Below, in pieces: positions 43,771 to 47,348 of a stretch of DNA of 47,348 bases. The DNA comes from an uncultured Erysipelotrichaceae bacterium (GTDB lineage Bacteria; Bacillota_I; Bacilli_A; Erysipelotrichales; Erysipelotrichaceae), in contig CAUVBZ010000001.1 in NCBI GenBank assembly GCA_963550455.1, positions 1 to 47,348 on the forward strand. Direction: 5' to 3'. A program made the translations under genes and the position numbers. Each line of letters begins with the position of its first letter. Within the stretch, counting starts at the first letter, position 1. Below the pieces are notes generated by a model. The model searched no databases, was not told where the DNA came from, and worked only from the letters and a program-made list of their open reading frames with translations.

Positions 43771-43814
43771 ATTGCATGATAGATGTGTCAAAGATGGGAT
43801 TCTATATTCTTAAA

Positions 43815-44051
43815 TCATTTTGTAGGTTTAGGATGTTGCGGATTATAAAAATGAGAATAAGTATTAAATCGAATAAACAGATAAATTCCAATATTCAAAA
43901 TCATGAGGGAAACAAATATCCCGTAAAAATCAATTCCTTCGGTATTAAAATCAAACAGCACTATTTTTAAAATCGCAACAGGTATAGTTAAGAGAAATAA
44001 ATAAGTATATTTATTTTGAACATTTATCCATTTTTTCGTCTTCTTCGCCAT
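43815..44051 (-). CDS. Small AT-rich two-TM membrane protein (78 aa)
   Basis: Basic N-terminus plus two hydrophobic helices; strongly AT-rich relative to flanks. Confidence 0.5.
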   Translation of the reverse strand: MAKKTKKWINVQNKYTYLFLLTIPVAILKIVLFDFNTEGIDFYGIFVSLMILNIGIYLFIRFNTYSHFYNPQHPKPTK

Positions 44052-44244
44052 TATACCCCTGCCGTGAGCGCCTCCTTTCGCATTTCTTTTACAACTTCAT
44101 TCTATAAATTCCATAATAAAATACAAGTCTGTTATGAGCTTCAAAAAGCGTTACAATAAACGCATTGAAAGCAACATGCATGCACATGCCGAGACAGCCG
44201 ATCCTATCTCGGTATTTTTATTGAAAAACATGCAGTACAATATA

Positions 44245-44273
44245 TTGACAGAAAAGACATGCAGGCATAATAA
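44245..44273 (+). promoter_or_regulatory. Sigma-A promoter of the SDR-permease operon
   Basis: TTGACA at 44245-44250 with a CATAAT/TAATAAT -10 region, then AAGGAGG RBS. Confidence 0.6.
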
Positions 44274-44296
44274 TCAAAAAGGAAAAGGAGGCTATC

Positions 44297-46522
<2,226 letters not shown>

Positions 46523-46547
46523 GCTTTGAATGCTTTTCGGAGGAGAA

Positions 46548-46904
46548 ATGACGATTCTGACAAAAATTGCCGCAGCGCTTGTGGCACTGGAATTTTTCTA
46601 CATCATGTATCTGGAAACGATGGCGACAACGTCAAAGAAAACCGCATCGGTTTTCGGCATGAGCCAAGAGGAACTGGCGCGTAAATCCGTCAACACCCTG
46701 TTTAAAAATCAAGGTGTTTATAACGGCTTGCTGGCGGTGCTCATCCTGCTTGCCGTCTTTCTGTTTGCAAGCAAAACGGCCGTCGCCATTCTGATGGCAT
46801 ACATCATCATTGTCGCCGCATATGGCAGTTTGACGAGCAATCCGAAAATTCTGTTCATGCAGGGCGGACTGGCCATGCTGACATTGCTTTCCTGCCCGTT
46901 TTAA
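46548..46904 (+). CDS. DUF1304 family membrane protein
   Basis: EFFYIMYLE, LFKNQGVYNGL, AAYGSLT, QGG; GGAGGAG RBS. Confidence 0.85.
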   Translation: MTILTKIAAALVALEFFYIMYLETMATTSKKTASVFGMSQEELARKSVNTLFKNQGVYNGLLAVLILLAVFLFASKTAVAILMAYIIIVAAYGSLTSNPKILFMQGGLAMLTLLSCPF

Positions 46905-47348
46905 GCGATGGGTTCCGTCGCTTTGATCGGGACGGCCATATCGTTATGGAGCGACCAGATATAGGCTTCAACCGGAAGGCGGTAGATGTGCTCCAGGGCG
47001 TGTCGATAGGCGTTTAACTGCCGCTCATAACGGTATCGGAGCGTAGCGGCGTCGGCATTGTCGGTTTTGAAATCGACCAGAAGAATGTTGTCTTCGCCAA
47101 GCGCCACAAAGTCCATGACGCCATGCAGAATCGTCTTTCCCTCTTCAACATAAAACGGAAATTCCTTGCGGATATCCATCCGCAGGGATTTTTTATAGAC
47201 GGAGGAAGCGCCGAAGGCCAGAACATGTTCTATGTCGCGCCGGGACAGCGTCGGATCTTGAAGATCCGCTTCCGTCCATAAACGATTTGGCAGACGGGCG
47301 ATGAGTTCATGCATGAATGTTCCATAATCACTGCCGGACGAACGCTTT
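46901..47348 (-). CDS. C-terminal PD-(D/E)XK nuclease domain of an AddA/RecB-like helicase-nuclease (continues beyond the window)
   Basis: GTFMH, KEFPF, HGVMDFV, LVDFKTD, YERQLNAY; frame open to the window edge. Confidence 0.85.
   Translation of the reverse strand, partial: KRSSGSDYGTFMHELIARLPNRLWTEADLQDPTLSRRDIEHVLAFGASSVYKKSLRMDIRKEFPFYVEEGKTILHGVMDFVALGEDNILLVDFKTDNADAATLRYRYERQLNAYRHALEHIYRLPVEAYIWSLHNDMAVPIKATEPIA

Noticed and set aside
44050..44083. 10-codon upstream ORF (MRKEALTAGV) overlapping the small membrane ORF start
   Set aside because: No RBS of its own and too short to distinguish from chance.

Overview
Replication-origin region of a Firmicute chromosome, most likely an Erysipelotrichaceae (Solobacterium/Bulleidia-like). 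This assignment is inferred from gene style, a short Alu-less SRP RNA and the noc-parA-parB-atp synteny. The window opens inside dnaA. It then runs oriC, dnaN, yaaA, recF, gyrB, gyrA, two minus-strand orphans (a ribbon-helix-helix-like protein and a lipoprotein), T-box-serS flanked by two perfect parS sites, SRP RNA, tadA, dnaX, ybaB and recR. Next come fhs, a PUA/EVE-like-domain orphan, mnmG, a divergent ThyX-like gene, a GHL10 lipoprotein, rsmG, noc, parA, parB, a complete (probably Na+-coupled) F-type ATP synthase operon and a NifX-like gene. A ~5.3 kb accessory mosaic (31.3-36.6 kb) holds gene fragments, an amidohydrolase, an XRE-antitoxin/AbiEii-type toxin pair, an IS200 element that truncates ltrA, and a truncated TetR. 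Core genes then resume (mnmE, tatD, rnmV, rsmA, ispE, a short glmU, prs). The window ends with a compact group IIC intron domain-I-like RNA, an AT-rich small membrane ORF, an SDR plus a frameshifted FrlA-like permease, DUF1304 and the 3' end of an AddA-like gene. The most interesting leads are the miniature group II D1-like RNA after prs, the parS palindrome inside the serS T-box, and the fhs / PUA-like / mnmG / ThyX-like folate-C1 cluster. All calls come from reading the sequence; no searches were run.
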